Below, in pieces: positions 43,793-53,093 of a stretch of 64,000 bases of DNA. Origin of the DNA: Candidatus Saganbacteria bacterium (lineage in GTDB: Bacteria; Margulisbacteria; WOR-1; XYC2-FULL-46-14; WPAF01); assembly GCA_009772965.1 (NCBI GenBank), contig WPAF01000003.1, positions 977 through 64,976 on the forward strand, read 5' to 3'. The position numbers and the translations under genes are program-made. The number at the start of each line of letters is the position of its first letter. Within the stretch, counting starts at the first letter, position 1. Under the pieces are notes generated by a model, which made no database searches, was not told the origin of the DNA, and saw nothing but the letters and a program-made list of their open reading frames with translations.

Positions 43793-45541
43793 ATGAGTTC
43801 AATAAAGATTCCCCAAAGTAATAGTCCTATATATGTTTCGCAGAATAAAACCAGAGGCCTTGAGTGGCATGGCGTTAATTGGCTGCGTGAGTGGAAAAAA
43901 CCCGACTTAAATACACAGCAACGAATCGACCTAATCAGAGGCCAACGCCGCTTACTGGCTGTTAGAGTTGTTGATATTCTTCAAAATACTACTAAATTAT
44001 CCAACGAAGTAAGAACAAAATTAATTGGGCAAATTACAGAAATAGTTGACGATAAAGATATGGATGGTTATTTTGATGTTAGTTTTCAGGAATTAAATGG
44101 AGTTTTGAATAAGGCCGGCATTAACATCGATGAAAACAAATTAAGAGAAACCATGCTCAATGGAAAACATGGATTAGTGAGATATTTTAATGACGCAGGA
44201 TATAGGCGCGGATATTTATACGCTAATACAGAAGTGTTGGAAATAATTGCGAAACATGGAAAATTTTGGCAAAAAGAATGCAAAAGTGCAGATGAAGACT
44301 TCATAGATGAAGAAAAAGAAGCGCAAAAAGCAAAAACAGAACCCGTTTGTAATTATTCTCAATTTCAAAAAAACTTTGATAGGACGAATGCAGCTAGTTT
44401 ATTAATTGAAGCCTCTGCTGAAAAAGCAAGGCCTTTACAGCTGCTCTTGGGCAATAATGGTAATTCATACTTTATTCGGGCGGCTCTGGCCATTTTTTCC
44501 CAGGCAGGGCTGGAAATGGACAGAGCGTATGATTTAGAACATGTGTCTGCTGTTCTCCGTAATGTAGCGGATGATCCCCAGCGATTAAGCGCCTTTTTAA
44601 AATATTATTTTAAGTATTTTTATCATCATCCGGTAACTGCCGGCATAAGAAATGATTATCTTTCCTCAGCCAAAAACTTAGCAGAAGCGACCCAATTACT
44701 AAAAGCGCTTTCCCGCGCGGCGGTTAGCGATCGTCCGCTTCGAGAGGGAGCAATAAGAATTAGTTGCGGCGATTATGCTTGCATCGCTGGAATGTTGTTA
44801 AAATCAATTGGATATGAAACAAAATATTCAGGAGTATATTTTGTTTACCCTACTGGGCCTTTTAAAATTATAGGGCATGGTGTTTTATTTGCATTTAAAA
44901 GAGGGGAAAAAGAAGGAGAGAAAGATAGGCTTTTTGTTGTTTCAAATGACTCAGCTTACTTTATCCCAGTCAAAATAACTGGGAAAAATATGCAAATTAT
45001 CGCCCGACGTGCTACAAGATTAATTATTAGGGATATGATGGGGGAAAATAAAATTATTGTAATCCCCCAAATATTTCTTACAGATAGCATAAATGACATC
45101 CCGCGCAATTTTGATAAAAATGTGATAAATATATATTTGTATGCGTTTTACGCCAGGCTTGTGCATAAGCTGGATAACGCGGAGCAATTGATTGCAAATC
45201 TTCCCATGAATAACCCAAACAGAGATGCAATTTTACAAAAGGCGAAGAAGACCATAAAAAATATTGAGAAAAAAATGGCAATTTTGCAAAAGGTTGCAGG
45301 AAAATTAAGGAGAAAAAGCTTCTCATTTAGCGATGGGGGTGTTTATTCTTCTGGAAATGTCGCAAGAGACATTGCAAGCATTAAAAGAAGGGTCAAAGCT
45401 TTAAAATACAACATTAGGCAAAAAGAAGTTCTTTCAGAACATATAGGTATTATGACAAGAGATGCAAAAGCGATACTAGGCCAGCCAAATACTGCTGCAG
45501 AAAAACTTAATGAACAACTCAAGAGCCTGGTAAAAAAATAA
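43793..45541 (+). CDS. Hypothetical 582-aa protein with a transglutaminase/papain-like Cys-His-Asp/Asn signature
   Basis: No signal peptide. The segment ISCGDYACIAGMLLKSIGYE...IIGHGVLFAF...LFVVSNDS has the spacing of a transglutaminase-like cysteine peptidase core. The C-terminus is basic coiled coil. Confidence 0.7.
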   Translation: MSSIKIPQSNSPIYVSQNKTRGLEWHGVNWLREWKKPDLNTQQRIDLIRGQRRLLAVRVVDILQNTTKLSNEVRTKLIGQITEIVDDKDMDGYFDVSFQELNGVLNKAGINIDENKLRETMLNGKHGLVRYFNDAGYRRGYLYANTEVLEIIAKHGKFWQKECKSADEDFIDEEKEAQKAKTEPVCNYSQFQKNFDRTNAASLLIEASAEKARPLQLLLGNNGNSYFIRAALAIFSQAGLEMDRAYDLEHVSAVLRNVADDPQRLSAFLKYYFKYFYHHPVTAGIRNDYLSSAKNLAEATQLLKALSRAAVSDRPLREGAIRISCGDYACIAGMLLKSIGYETKYSGVYFVYPTGPFKIIGHGVLFAFKRGEKEGEKDRLFVVSNDSAYFIPVKITGKNMQIIARRATRLIIRDMMGENKIIVIPQIFLTDSINDIPRNFDKNVINIYLYAFYARLVHKLDNAEQLIANLPMNNPNRDAILQKAKKTIKNIEKKMAILQKVAGKLRRKSFSFSDGGVYSSGNVARDIASIKRRVKALKYNIRQKEVLSEHIGIMTRDAKAILGQPNTAAEKLNEQLKSLVKK

Positions 45542-45607
45542 TTATCAAGACCTGAAATTTCCCTAAAAATCCTTCGATATATACACAGATTGTTATAAGG
45601 AGGGTTT

Positions 45608-46135
45608 ATGGGCTGTTCATTGCTTAGTGGGTGTTTTTCCCTGTTCAATATGTACAAAGCCTCGAGTCCTTGTGATACAAGGAAAGAAACATTAAATCAA
45701 ATTGTATTATTAGAAAAACAAATCGCAAATCATGAAAAGCAATCAAATAAAGATACAAATAAATTAATTGCCCTATATATTAAATTAGCTTGCCTCTATA
45801 ACGATACCTGCGACGCATCAAAAGCCGTAGATATATGGAAAAATAAGATAATAAGACTTAAGCCGGCAGATGTTTATTTAAGGGCAAGCTTTATCATTTT
45901 CTTAAATAAATGCGACTGCATTGAAAATAGAGCAGAGATATTATTAGAGATTAAAAAGTATAAAAAACTATTGCCATCAAAACTATTGCCATCAAATAAA
46001 AATATATGTATTAATGAAGCTAATCGGATAGGACAGCTTTATAGTTTTGATTTAAAAGCATTAGAATACAGAATATTAAAAATAAAACGCAAAATAATGG
46101 AAACAAAACCTAGTCCCCCCTTACGCCGGAAATAA
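45608..46135 (+). CDS. Hypothetical small lipoprotein, helical-repeat (TPR-like)
   Basis: 175 aa with the RBS AAGGAGG and lipobox LLSGC. It contains a perfect 15-nt tandem duplication (KLLPS-KLLPS) at 45965-45994. Confidence 0.6.
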   Translation: MGCSLLSGCFSLFNMYKASSPCDTRKETLNQIVLLEKQIANHEKQSNKDTNKLIALYIKLACLYNDTCDASKAVDIWKNKIIRLKPADVYLRASFIIFLNKCDCIENRAEILLEIKKYKKLLPSKLLPSNKNICINEANRIGQLYSFDLKALEYRILKIKRKIMETKPSPPLRRK

Positions 46136-46210
46136 CTTATTAATCCTTGTGATGCTAAACGCTCTTCCGCTGGTCGGGTCAATATTTAATACAACAGCGT
46201 TAAACAAGCC
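46121..46210 (-). pseudogene. Diverged duplicate of the last ~30 codons of ymdB
   Basis: The minus strand reads GLFNAVVLNIDPTSGRAFSITRINKLFPA*, versus the real YmdB end GLFNAVVLNIDPTSGRALSISRISKLFPA*. About 82% nt identity at a constant offset of 1330 bp. Confidence 0.8.
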
Positions 46211-46296
46211 CATCGTAGATTCTGGTTGACAAGTTGTCCGTTTTAAGTCAAAATATGGAATGAGATATTCCAAATATGGTCTAAATATGGAGAAAT

Positions 46297-47430
46297 ATGA
46301 ATAAAATTAATCGATTTTTTCCTTTAGAAGAACAAAGTTTTTTTCTTTTTGGTCCTAGAGGCACCGGAAAATCAACTTTAATTAAGGAAGCCTTTAGCAA
46401 AGCAATTTATATTGATCTCCTGCTTCCGGACATTTATAGGAATTACAGCGGAAGGCCGGAACGGCTAAAGGATTTGGTCTATGCCCAACCCAACGGATCG
46501 GTTTTTATTCTTGATGAAGTCCAAAAAATTCCTGAGATTTTGGAAGTAGTGCATAGCTTACTTGAAGAAAAGAAGGGCTGGCAGTTTATTCTTACCGGTT
46601 CAAGCGCCCGCAAATTAAAGAGAGCTAATATTGACTTGCTTGCAGGCAGAGCATTGTTGCGGCATCTGCATCCCTTTATCGCGGCAGAACTCAAAGAACT
46701 TTTTTCGCTGGAATCGGCATTGAATATAGGCCTCCTCCCGGTTGTGCTTGACAGCAAAGATCCCGCGGAAACATTAAAGTCTTACATTAACCTTTATATC
46801 AGGGAAGAAGTCCATTTAGAAGGGTTGACAAGAAATATTGGTGATTTTTCCCGCTTTCTTGAAACAATCAGTTTTTCTCATGGATCGATTTTGAATATCA
46901 GCAATGTCGCAAGAGAAAGCCAAATCGAAAGAAAAACTGTCGAGTGCTATGTTAATATTTTAGAGGATTTATTAATTGCTTTCCGCCTGCCGGCGTTTTC
47001 CAAGCGGGCAAAAAGGAAAGTCTCTGTCCACCCCAAGTTTTATTATTTTGATGCTGGCGTTTTTCGTTCACTCAGGCCGTCCGGACCGCTGGATCGAGGC
47101 GGGGACATAATAGGCGCTGCCCTGGAAGGACTGGTCGCACAGCACTTGCGAGCTTGGATTGATTATAAAAAATATGACAGTAATTTATTTTTTTGGCGGA
47201 CCAGCGCCGGATCAGAAGTGGATTTTATCGTTTATGGCCAGGATATATTTTGGGCGATCGAAGTTAAAAACTCCGCGTTGATCCATAATTCCGATTTGCG
47301 CCCTTTGAAATCATTTGGAGAAGAATACCCCGAAGCTAAAAAAATATTGCTTTACCGAGGAAAAGAGGAAATTATTAGAAATGATATCAAGATACAACCC
47401 TGCGAGTCATTTCTAAAAGAACTGGCGTAG
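46297..47430 (+). CDS. AAA ATPase with DUF4143 C-terminal domain (AAA_14 family)
   Basis: 377 aa with Walker A GPRGTGKST, Walker B ILDEVQ and the DUF4143-type region ...KFYFFDAGV. Confidence 0.85.
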   Translation: MNKINRFFPLEEQSFFLFGPRGTGKSTLIKEAFSKAIYIDLLLPDIYRNYSGRPERLKDLVYAQPNGSVFILDEVQKIPEILEVVHSLLEEKKGWQFILTGSSARKLKRANIDLLAGRALLRHLHPFIAAELKELFSLESALNIGLLPVVLDSKDPAETLKSYINLYIREEVHLEGLTRNIGDFSRFLETISFSHGSILNISNVARESQIERKTVECYVNILEDLLIAFRLPAFSKRAKRKVSVHPKFYYFDAGVFRSLRPSGPLDRGGDIIGAALEGLVAQHLRAWIDYKKYDSNLFFWRTSAGSEVDFIVYGQDIFWAIEVKNSALIHNSDLRPLKSFGEEYPEAKKILLYRGKEEIIRNDIKIQPCESFLKELA

Positions 47431-47450
47431 TCAACCCCCGCTCCACGTAA

Positions 47451-48236
47451 TCACGCAGGAAATAATTTACTAATCCTAGAGATACTAAGCGCTCTTCCGC
47501 TGGTTGGATCTATATTTAAAACTACCGCGTTAAACAGCCCGCGGCCGGTTTCAGTTGGTTCGAATTTTTCGGGCATTTGGGTTACAAACCTTTTTATTAT
47601 CTGTTCCTTGTTCATGCCGATTATTGAATCATAAGCGCCAACCATGCCAACGTCCGAGATAAATGCTGTTTCCTCAGGGAGTATTCTTTCGTCCGCGGTC
47701 ATAACATGCGTGTGCGTGCCGACAACCGCGGAAGCCCTGCCGTCTAAGAAGTGGGCAAACGCGCATTTTTCAGAAGTTGCCTCAGCGTGGATATCAACGA
47801 TAATTATTTTTGCCTGAGAGCTTACTTTGGGGATTAATTTTTCGGCCGTTTGGAAGGGACAGTCCATGCACTGCATAAAAACACGTCCCAAAAAATTAAC
47901 AATACCGATCTTTATGCCTTGAACTTCAATTACAATATGGTCATTGCCGGGGACAGAGGGGGGAAAGTTGGCGGGGCGGACCAGCCGGTCAAGCGAAGAA
48001 ATTTTTGAAATGATTTCTTTTTTTTCCCATAAATGGTTTCCCATGGTAATGGCGTCAACACCCATAGAAATCAATTCATTGTAAATCTTTTCGCTGATGC
48101 TGTATCCGTGCGCCGAGTTTTCCCCGTTCGCGATAACGGCATCTATGGAATATGTTTTTTTTATTTCAGGCAGCATTTCTTTTACGATGGTGCGGCCGTA
48201 GGAACCAACAATATCCCCAATAAATAATATATTCAT
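47451..48236 (-). CDS. ymdB: YmdB-family metallophosphoesterase (TIGR00282)
   Basis: 261 aa starting MNILFIGDIVG, with GNH and GTHTHV motifs. Conserved rny-ymdB pairing. Confidence 0.9.
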   Translation of the reverse strand: MNILFIGDIVGSYGRTIVKEMLPEIKKTYSIDAVIANGENSAHGYSISEKIYNELISMGVDAITMGNHLWEKKEIISKISSLDRLVRPANFPPSVPGNDHIVIEVQGIKIGIVNFLGRVFMQCMDCPFQTAEKLIPKVSSQAKIIIVDIHAEATSEKCAFAHFLDGRASAVVGTHTHVMTADERILPEETAFISDVGMVGAYDSIIGMNKEQIIKRFVTQMPEKFEPTETGRGLFNAVVLNIDPTSGRALSISRISKLFPA

Positions 48237-48240
48237 TTTG

Positions 48241-49788
48241 TTATTTCGCGATCTCCTGGGACCTGGTTTCGCGGATCACGGTTACTTTTATTTCGCCGGG
48301 ATATTCAAGGTCGGACTCTATCTTTTTGGCAATGTCATAAGCCAGTTTTGGCGCCATCTGGTCGTCAATTTTTTCCGGCTGGACAATTACTCTTACTTCC
48401 CTTCCGGCCTGGATCGCAAAAACCCTTTCAACCCCTTCAAACGCCTTGGCAACGGCCTCAAGTTTTTCAAGCCGCTTTACATATGCTTCAAGGGTATCCC
48501 TTCTGGCGCCGGGACGGGCGGCCGAAATAGCGTCTGAAACAAGAACCAATATTGCCTCTATGCTTTGAGCCGGGATATCTTCGTGATGCGCCTCAATGGC
48601 GTGTATAACCTCAGCCGACTCTCCGGCTTTTTGGGCAAAAAGGGCGCCAAGCTTGGTGTGCGTTCCCTCAACTTCCTGGTCAATTGCTTTTCCAATATCG
48701 TGCAGGAGCCCCGCGCGCTTTGCGAGCTTTATATTTACCCCAAGTTCCGCGGCAACCATTCCGGCCAGATGGGAAACTTCTTTACTGTGCTGTAAAACGT
48801 TTTGACCATAACTTGTGCGGTAATGGAGCCGGCCTAAAAGCTGGATCAAAACCGGAGGAAGTCCGTGGACATCGCATTCAATTGTTGCGGATTCCCCGTG
48901 TTCCCACATGGCGGCCTTAAGTTCAAGCTTGCTTTTTTCGTACATTTCTTCAACTCTGGCCGGGTGTATCCTCCCATCTACAATTAATTTGCTTAAGGTC
49001 AAACGGGCGGTTTCCCTGCGAAGCGGATCAAAACTTGAAAGGATTACGGCTTCCGGCGTATCGTCAACAATTAAATCAACCCCTGTCTTTGTTTCAAATG
49101 CCCTAATATTTCTTCCTTCGCGCCCGATTATGCGGCCTTTCATATCGTCTGAGGGCAGTTCAACCATAGTGGTTGTGGTTTCAACCACGTGGTCAACCGC
49201 GCACCGCTGGATGGCAGTAGCCAGAATTTCGCGCGCCATTTTTTCCGCGTCTTTTTTTATTTCTTCTTCTTTGCGTTTAATAATAAGCGCGGCATCGCGT
49301 TCTACGTCTTTTCCCAAGCTTTCAAGCAAAACCTTTCTTGCTTCCTCTTTGGGGAGGCCGGAGATTTTTTCAAGTTCTTGGATTTGTTTTTCGTGGCCTT
49401 TTTGAAGTTCTTCGCGGATCTTTGCCAGCTCATCGGCTTTTTCTTTTATCTTTTTTTCTTCCGCATCATTAATTTTTTCCTTTTTTTCAAGGTGTTCTTC
49501 CCTTTGCAGCAGGCGCCTTTCGATGCCTGAAAGTTCCTGCTTCCTCTCTTTTGTTTCCTGGTCAAAATCCCTCCTGAGTTTTACCGCTTCTTCCTTTAAG
49601 TCAAGGATAGCTTCTTTGCGCTTGGTTTCCGCTTCTCTCTTCGCGTCTTCTAAAATCCTTTTTGCGGTTTCTTCTGCTACCCTGATTTTTTGCTCAGCCA
49701 TATTCCTTTTTATGGCTAAATACGCGACTGCCAGCCCAAAAGCCAATAGCAGCCCAATTGCTGAATAAATTAATGTTTCCAAAGTCAT
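48241..49788 (-). CDS. rny: Ribonuclease Y
   Basis: 515 aa with an N-terminal TM anchor, Lys/Glu coiled coil, KH domain ([12 protein letters not shown]) and HD domain (LLHDIGKA). Confidence 0.95.
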   Translation of the reverse strand: MTLETLIYSAIGLLLAFGLAVAYLAIKRNMAEQKIRVAEETAKRILEDAKREAETKRKEAILDLKEEAVKLRRDFDQETKERKQELSGIERRLLQREEHLEKKEKINDAEEKKIKEKADELAKIREELQKGHEKQIQELEKISGLPKEEARKVLLESLGKDVERDAALIIKRKEEEIKKDAEKMAREILATAIQRCAVDHVVETTTTMVELPSDDMKGRIIGREGRNIRAFETKTGVDLIVDDTPEAVILSSFDPLRRETARLTLSKLIVDGRIHPARVEEMYEKSKLELKAAMWEHGESATIECDVHGLPPVLIQLLGRLHYRTSYGQNVLQHSKEVSHLAGMVAAELGVNIKLAKRAGLLHDIGKAIDQEVEGTHTKLGALFAQKAGESAEVIHAIEAHHEDIPAQSIEAILVLVSDAISAARPGARRDTLEAYVKRLEKLEAVAKAFEGVERVFAIQAGREVRVIVQPEKIDDQMAPKLAYDIAKKIESDLEYPGEIKVTVIRETRSQEIAK

Positions 49789-49835
49789 TTAAATCACTCC
49801 CTTTATTTTTCCGATTATTACGCTGTTGCTCTCGC

Positions 49836-50876
49836 TTACGGCTTTATTGCCTTTTTTGCGGGTTCCGCCTTTTTGTTTTCTTTTTCTTTCTCGCTCTCAA
49901 TAAATTTCCTGATGCTGCTTTCCATCTTGTTTGAAATTGAAGAATGCTCTTTTAAAAATTGGATGCTTGCTTCGTATCCTTGTCCTAATTTCTCGCCCTC
50001 AAACGCGTACCATGAGCCGCTCTTGTCAGCCAAACCAAATTTTAACCCGAGGTCTAGATATTCCGCTTCTTTTGAAATGCCTTCCCCGTGGATCAACACA
50101 AAAGATGAATCGCGGAATGGCGGGGCAACCTTATTTTTTACGACTTTTACTTTTACGCGGGTTCCGATAATTTTATCCCCGTCTTTTATTTTTTCCTGCG
50201 CGCGGACATCAAGCCGCACTGAAGAGTAAAATTTCAGCGCGCGGCCGCCGGGGGTGGTTTCGGGACTGCCAAACACAATGCCGATTTTTTCCCTAAGCTG
50301 GTTTATAAAAATTAAAACAGTTTTTGATTTTGAAACGACCGCAGTAAGTTTTCTTAGCGCTTGCGACATCAGGCGCGCCTGCAGGCCCATTTGGGGATCT
50401 CCCATATCTCCTTCAATTTCCGCCTTTGGAACCAGCGCGGCAACCGAATCTATCACAATCACGTCCAAAGCCCCTGAGCGGATAAGGGTTTCGCATATTT
50501 CAAGCCCTTGTTCCCCGTAATCCGGCTGTGAAATCAGCAGATTGTCAACATCCACCCCTAACTTTTTGGCATATTTTGGATCCATCGCGTGTTCAGCATC
50601 AATAAAAGCTGCGGTTCCTCCTCTTTTTTGGGCTTCTGCCACCACCTGAAGCGACACAGTCGTTTTTCCCCCCGATTCCGGGCCAAAAATTTCAATTATC
50701 CTTCCCCTAGGAAGCCCTCCAACCCCGAGGGCGGCATCAAGCCCAATGCTTCCGGTAGGAATTGTTTCAATTTGCAGTTTGGATGCTTCACCCATTTTCA
50801 TGATAGAGCCCTTGCCAAAGTTTTTTTCAATCTGCGAAATCGCGATCCATAGCGCCTTATTCTTTTCGTCTTTCAT
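49836..50876 (-). CDS. recA: Recombinase RecA
   Basis: 346 aa with Walker [10 protein letters not shown] and the L1/L2 loop regions. Confidence 0.97.
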   Translation of the reverse strand: MKDEKNKALWIAISQIEKNFGKGSIMKMGEASKLQIETIPTGSIGLDAALGVGGLPRGRIIEIFGPESGGKTTVSLQVVAEAQKRGGTAAFIDAEHAMDPKYAKKLGVDVDNLLISQPDYGEQGLEICETLIRSGALDVIVIDSVAALVPKAEIEGDMGDPQMGLQARLMSQALRKLTAVVSKSKTVLIFINQLREKIGIVFGSPETTPGGRALKFYSSVRLDVRAQEKIKDGDKIIGTRVKVKVVKNKVAPPFRDSSFVLIHGEGISKEAEYLDLGLKFGLADKSGSWYAFEGEKLGQGYEASIQFLKEHSSISNKMESSIRKFIESEKEKENKKAEPAKKAIKP

Positions 50877-50898
50877 CTTTTTCCTCCTTGTCTATTTA

Positions 50899-51447
50899 TT
50901 AAATTTCTCCGCCCAATTCAATCCATAAAAGCCCCAGCGCGGCTTGAGCCGCTCTTTCCCTTATCTCTCCCCTTGTTCCCGCAAGATGGAGTTCTTTGCA
51001 CTCGCAGCCTTTTTCGGATGCGATAGCAATATAAACCAGTCCAACCGGCGATTTCTGAAGGGGGAGGGGACCTGCGCAACCGGTAGTAGAAAGCCCAAAA
51101 TCAGTTTTAAAGCGCTTTTTTATTCCCTCTGCCATCGCGCATGCGACTTTACTGCTTACCGGACCCTCCGCCGCAATTAATGAGCCAGGGATCATAAGCT
51201 CCGCGACTTTAATCCGGCTGTGATAGCTTATAATCCCGCCGATAAAATAATTCGAACTTCCGGAAAATGCCGTCAACCTTGAAGAAAGCAAACCTCCGGT
51301 TACCGATTCGGCAGTTGAAATTGTTTTATGGCTCTTTGACAGAAGATCAAAAATCTCATCATCTGAAATCTTCCCAATGCTTTCTAATATATTTGAGAAG
51401 AAGTCCTCAATTGATACATCAATTTTATCTTCTGACAAAATACTCAA
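50899..51447 (-). CDS. pncC: CinA C-terminal domain / nicotinamide-nucleotide amidohydrolase PncC-like
   Basis: 182 aa with TAESVTGGLL...GGIISY and GLSTTGCAGP motifs, immediately upstream of recA. Confidence 0.85.
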   Translation of the reverse strand: MSILSEDKIDVSIEDFFSNILESIGKISDDEIFDLLSKSHKTISTAESVTGGLLSSRLTAFSGSSNYFIGGIISYHSRIKVAELMIPGSLIAAEGPVSSKVACAMAEGIKKRFKTDFGLSTTGCAGPLPLQKSPVGLVYIAIASEKGCECKELHLAGTRGEIRERAAQAALGLLWIELGGEI

Positions 51448-51928
51448 CTCCCGAGATTAAAGAAATAATTACCGAAAACCAAAGCACAGGCATCGCGTTA
51501 GGCAGCTGCAAAATACACATAAAAACCGCAATAACCTGGACAATAGTTTTAAGTTTTCCCAAATGTCCGGCGGCAATGATATGGCCTTCCCGCGCCGAAT
51601 TCATCCTTAACGCCTGCACAAAAAAGTCGCGGGCGATAATAATTATTACCGGAAGCGCCGGGATATATCTCATTTCAACAAGCCCTATCAGAGCCGATAT
51701 TACAAGGATCTTATCCGCTATGGGATCCAAAAATTTGCCTAGATCGGAGGTCTCTTTCAGCTGTCTGGCCAAAAAACCGTCAAGCGCATCCGATAAAGCC
51801 AAAATTAAAAAAATCAAGGATGAATAAATCGGCTGAAAAGTCAACAAAAAGTAGAGAAAGAGGGGAGTTAAAAGTATTCTTCCAAAAGTTATTAAGTTAG
51901 GTACAGTACAACCGTCCGGTGAGCTCAT
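51425..51928 (-). CDS. pgsA: CDP-diacylglycerol--glycerol-3-phosphate 3-phosphatidyltransferase
   Basis: 167 aa with the CDP-alcohol phosphatidyltransferase motif DALDGFLAR....G...D...DK. Confidence 0.88.
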   Translation of the reverse strand: MSSPDGCTVPNLITFGRILLTPLFLYFLLTFQPIYSSLIFLILALSDALDGFLARQLKETSDLGKFLDPIADKILVISALIGLVEMRYIPALPVIIIIARDFFVQALRMNSAREGHIIAAGHLGKLKTIVQVIAVFMCILQLPNAMPVLWFSVIISLISGVEYFVRR

Positions 51929-53093
51929 AGCTTTTTGAATTTGTTATTTTTATTTTAGCAAACTCACCTGGAGATAAATTCGCATTGCCGAGACAAACTG
52001 AACAATCGATTTCCGGAGCATCCATTGGAGTACGAGCCAAGCCCGAACCTTCGTATAATACTTCCAAATATTTTCCAACCAAGTTTTGATTCAGCTCCTT
52101 AGAAACCTTTTTCTGCAGCAACATTAACTTTTGGAAACGGTAACTTTTAATTTTCTCGGGAACCTGCCCCCTCATTTTTGACGCAGGCGTCCCATCTTCC
52201 TTGCTGAATTTAAAGCATCCAACTCTTTCAAACTTCATTTCTTTAACAAAATCAAAGAGTTCTTCAAAATCCTTTTCCGTTTCGGTTGGGAATCCGACGA
52301 TAAAACTCGTTCTTATCGCTATTCCCGGTATCTTCCTCCTTAATCTCTCAACTAAATTTCGAATTCCTTGCCCATTTATTTGGGCGCGATTCATTAACTT
52401 TAATATTTTATCACTTATATGCTGTAGAGGCAAGTCAATGTATTTTACGATTTTGGGCTCCAATTTAATAATTTTTATAAGCTTTTCTGTTATATGCGCG
52501 GGGTTGGCATACATAATCCTAATCCAATGAATTCCTTTGATTTTCGCGGTTTTCTGTAAGATATCCGGCAGTTTGGGGTGGGCGGTTGTGTCCTGGGCAA
52601 TATAAATTATTTCTTTTACGCCCTTTTTGGCAAGTTGCTTTGCTTCCTCCAAAATGTCTTGGGTTTTACGTATCTTTAATTTCCCCCGAATTATTGGGAT
52701 CATGCAGTATGAGCATTTATTGCCGCAGCCCTCAGATATTTTTATATATGCTGTCCATGGGGGAGTCGCTTTGATTCTTGGGATTTGGTAGCTATGCAAG
52801 CCGATTGTATCAATTACTCCGGCAACGCCTTTTAAAGGCACGGAAAAACGGCGGCACCAAACAGGGTAGCAGCCGGCCAAATAAATTTCTTTTTTGTATT
52901 TTTTTAATTCTTTTATTGTTTCTTTTACTTCATCTCTCGCGGCTTTTAAAAACGCGCAGGTGTTGATAATAAAAAAATCGGCCTCTTTTTCGCTTGCGAT
53001 AATTTTATGGCCGGATGCGGCAAGCTGTCCCATTAAAACTTCTGTATCGGTTAGGTTTTTAGGGCAGCCAAGAGAGATAACAAAAACATTCAC
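51897..53093 (-). CDS. rimO: MiaB/RimO-family radical SAM methylthiotransferase (likely RimO)
   Basis: 398 aa with the UPF0004 N-domain (SLGCPKN), radical SAM CGNKCSYC and a C-terminal TRAM domain. Confidence 0.8.
   Translation of the reverse strand: MNVFVISLGCPKNLTDTEVLMGQLAASGHKIIASEKEADFFIINTCAFLKAARDEVKETIKELKKYKKEIYLAGCYPVWCRRFSVPLKGVAGVIDTIGLHSYQIPRIKATPPWTAYIKISEGCGNKCSYCMIPIIRGKLKIRKTQDILEEAKQLAKKGVKEIIYIAQDTTAHPKLPDILQKTAKIKGIHWIRIMYANPAHITEKLIKIIKLEPKIVKYIDLPLQHISDKILKLMNRAQINGQGIRNLVERLRRKIPGIAIRTSFIVGFPTETEKDFEELFDFVKEMKFERVGCFKFSKEDGTPASKMRGQVPEKIKSYRFQKLMLLQKKVSKELNQNLVGKYLEVLYEGSGLARTPMDAPEIDCSVCLGNANLSPGEFAKIKITNSKSYELTGRLYCT

Noticed and set aside
48238-49768. Several 60-165-aa plus-strand ORFs overlapping rny (for example 48908-49405).
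   Set aside because: They are antisense shadows of the Lys/Glu-rich RNase Y coiled-coil region and translate to Phe/Ser/Leu-rich nonsense.
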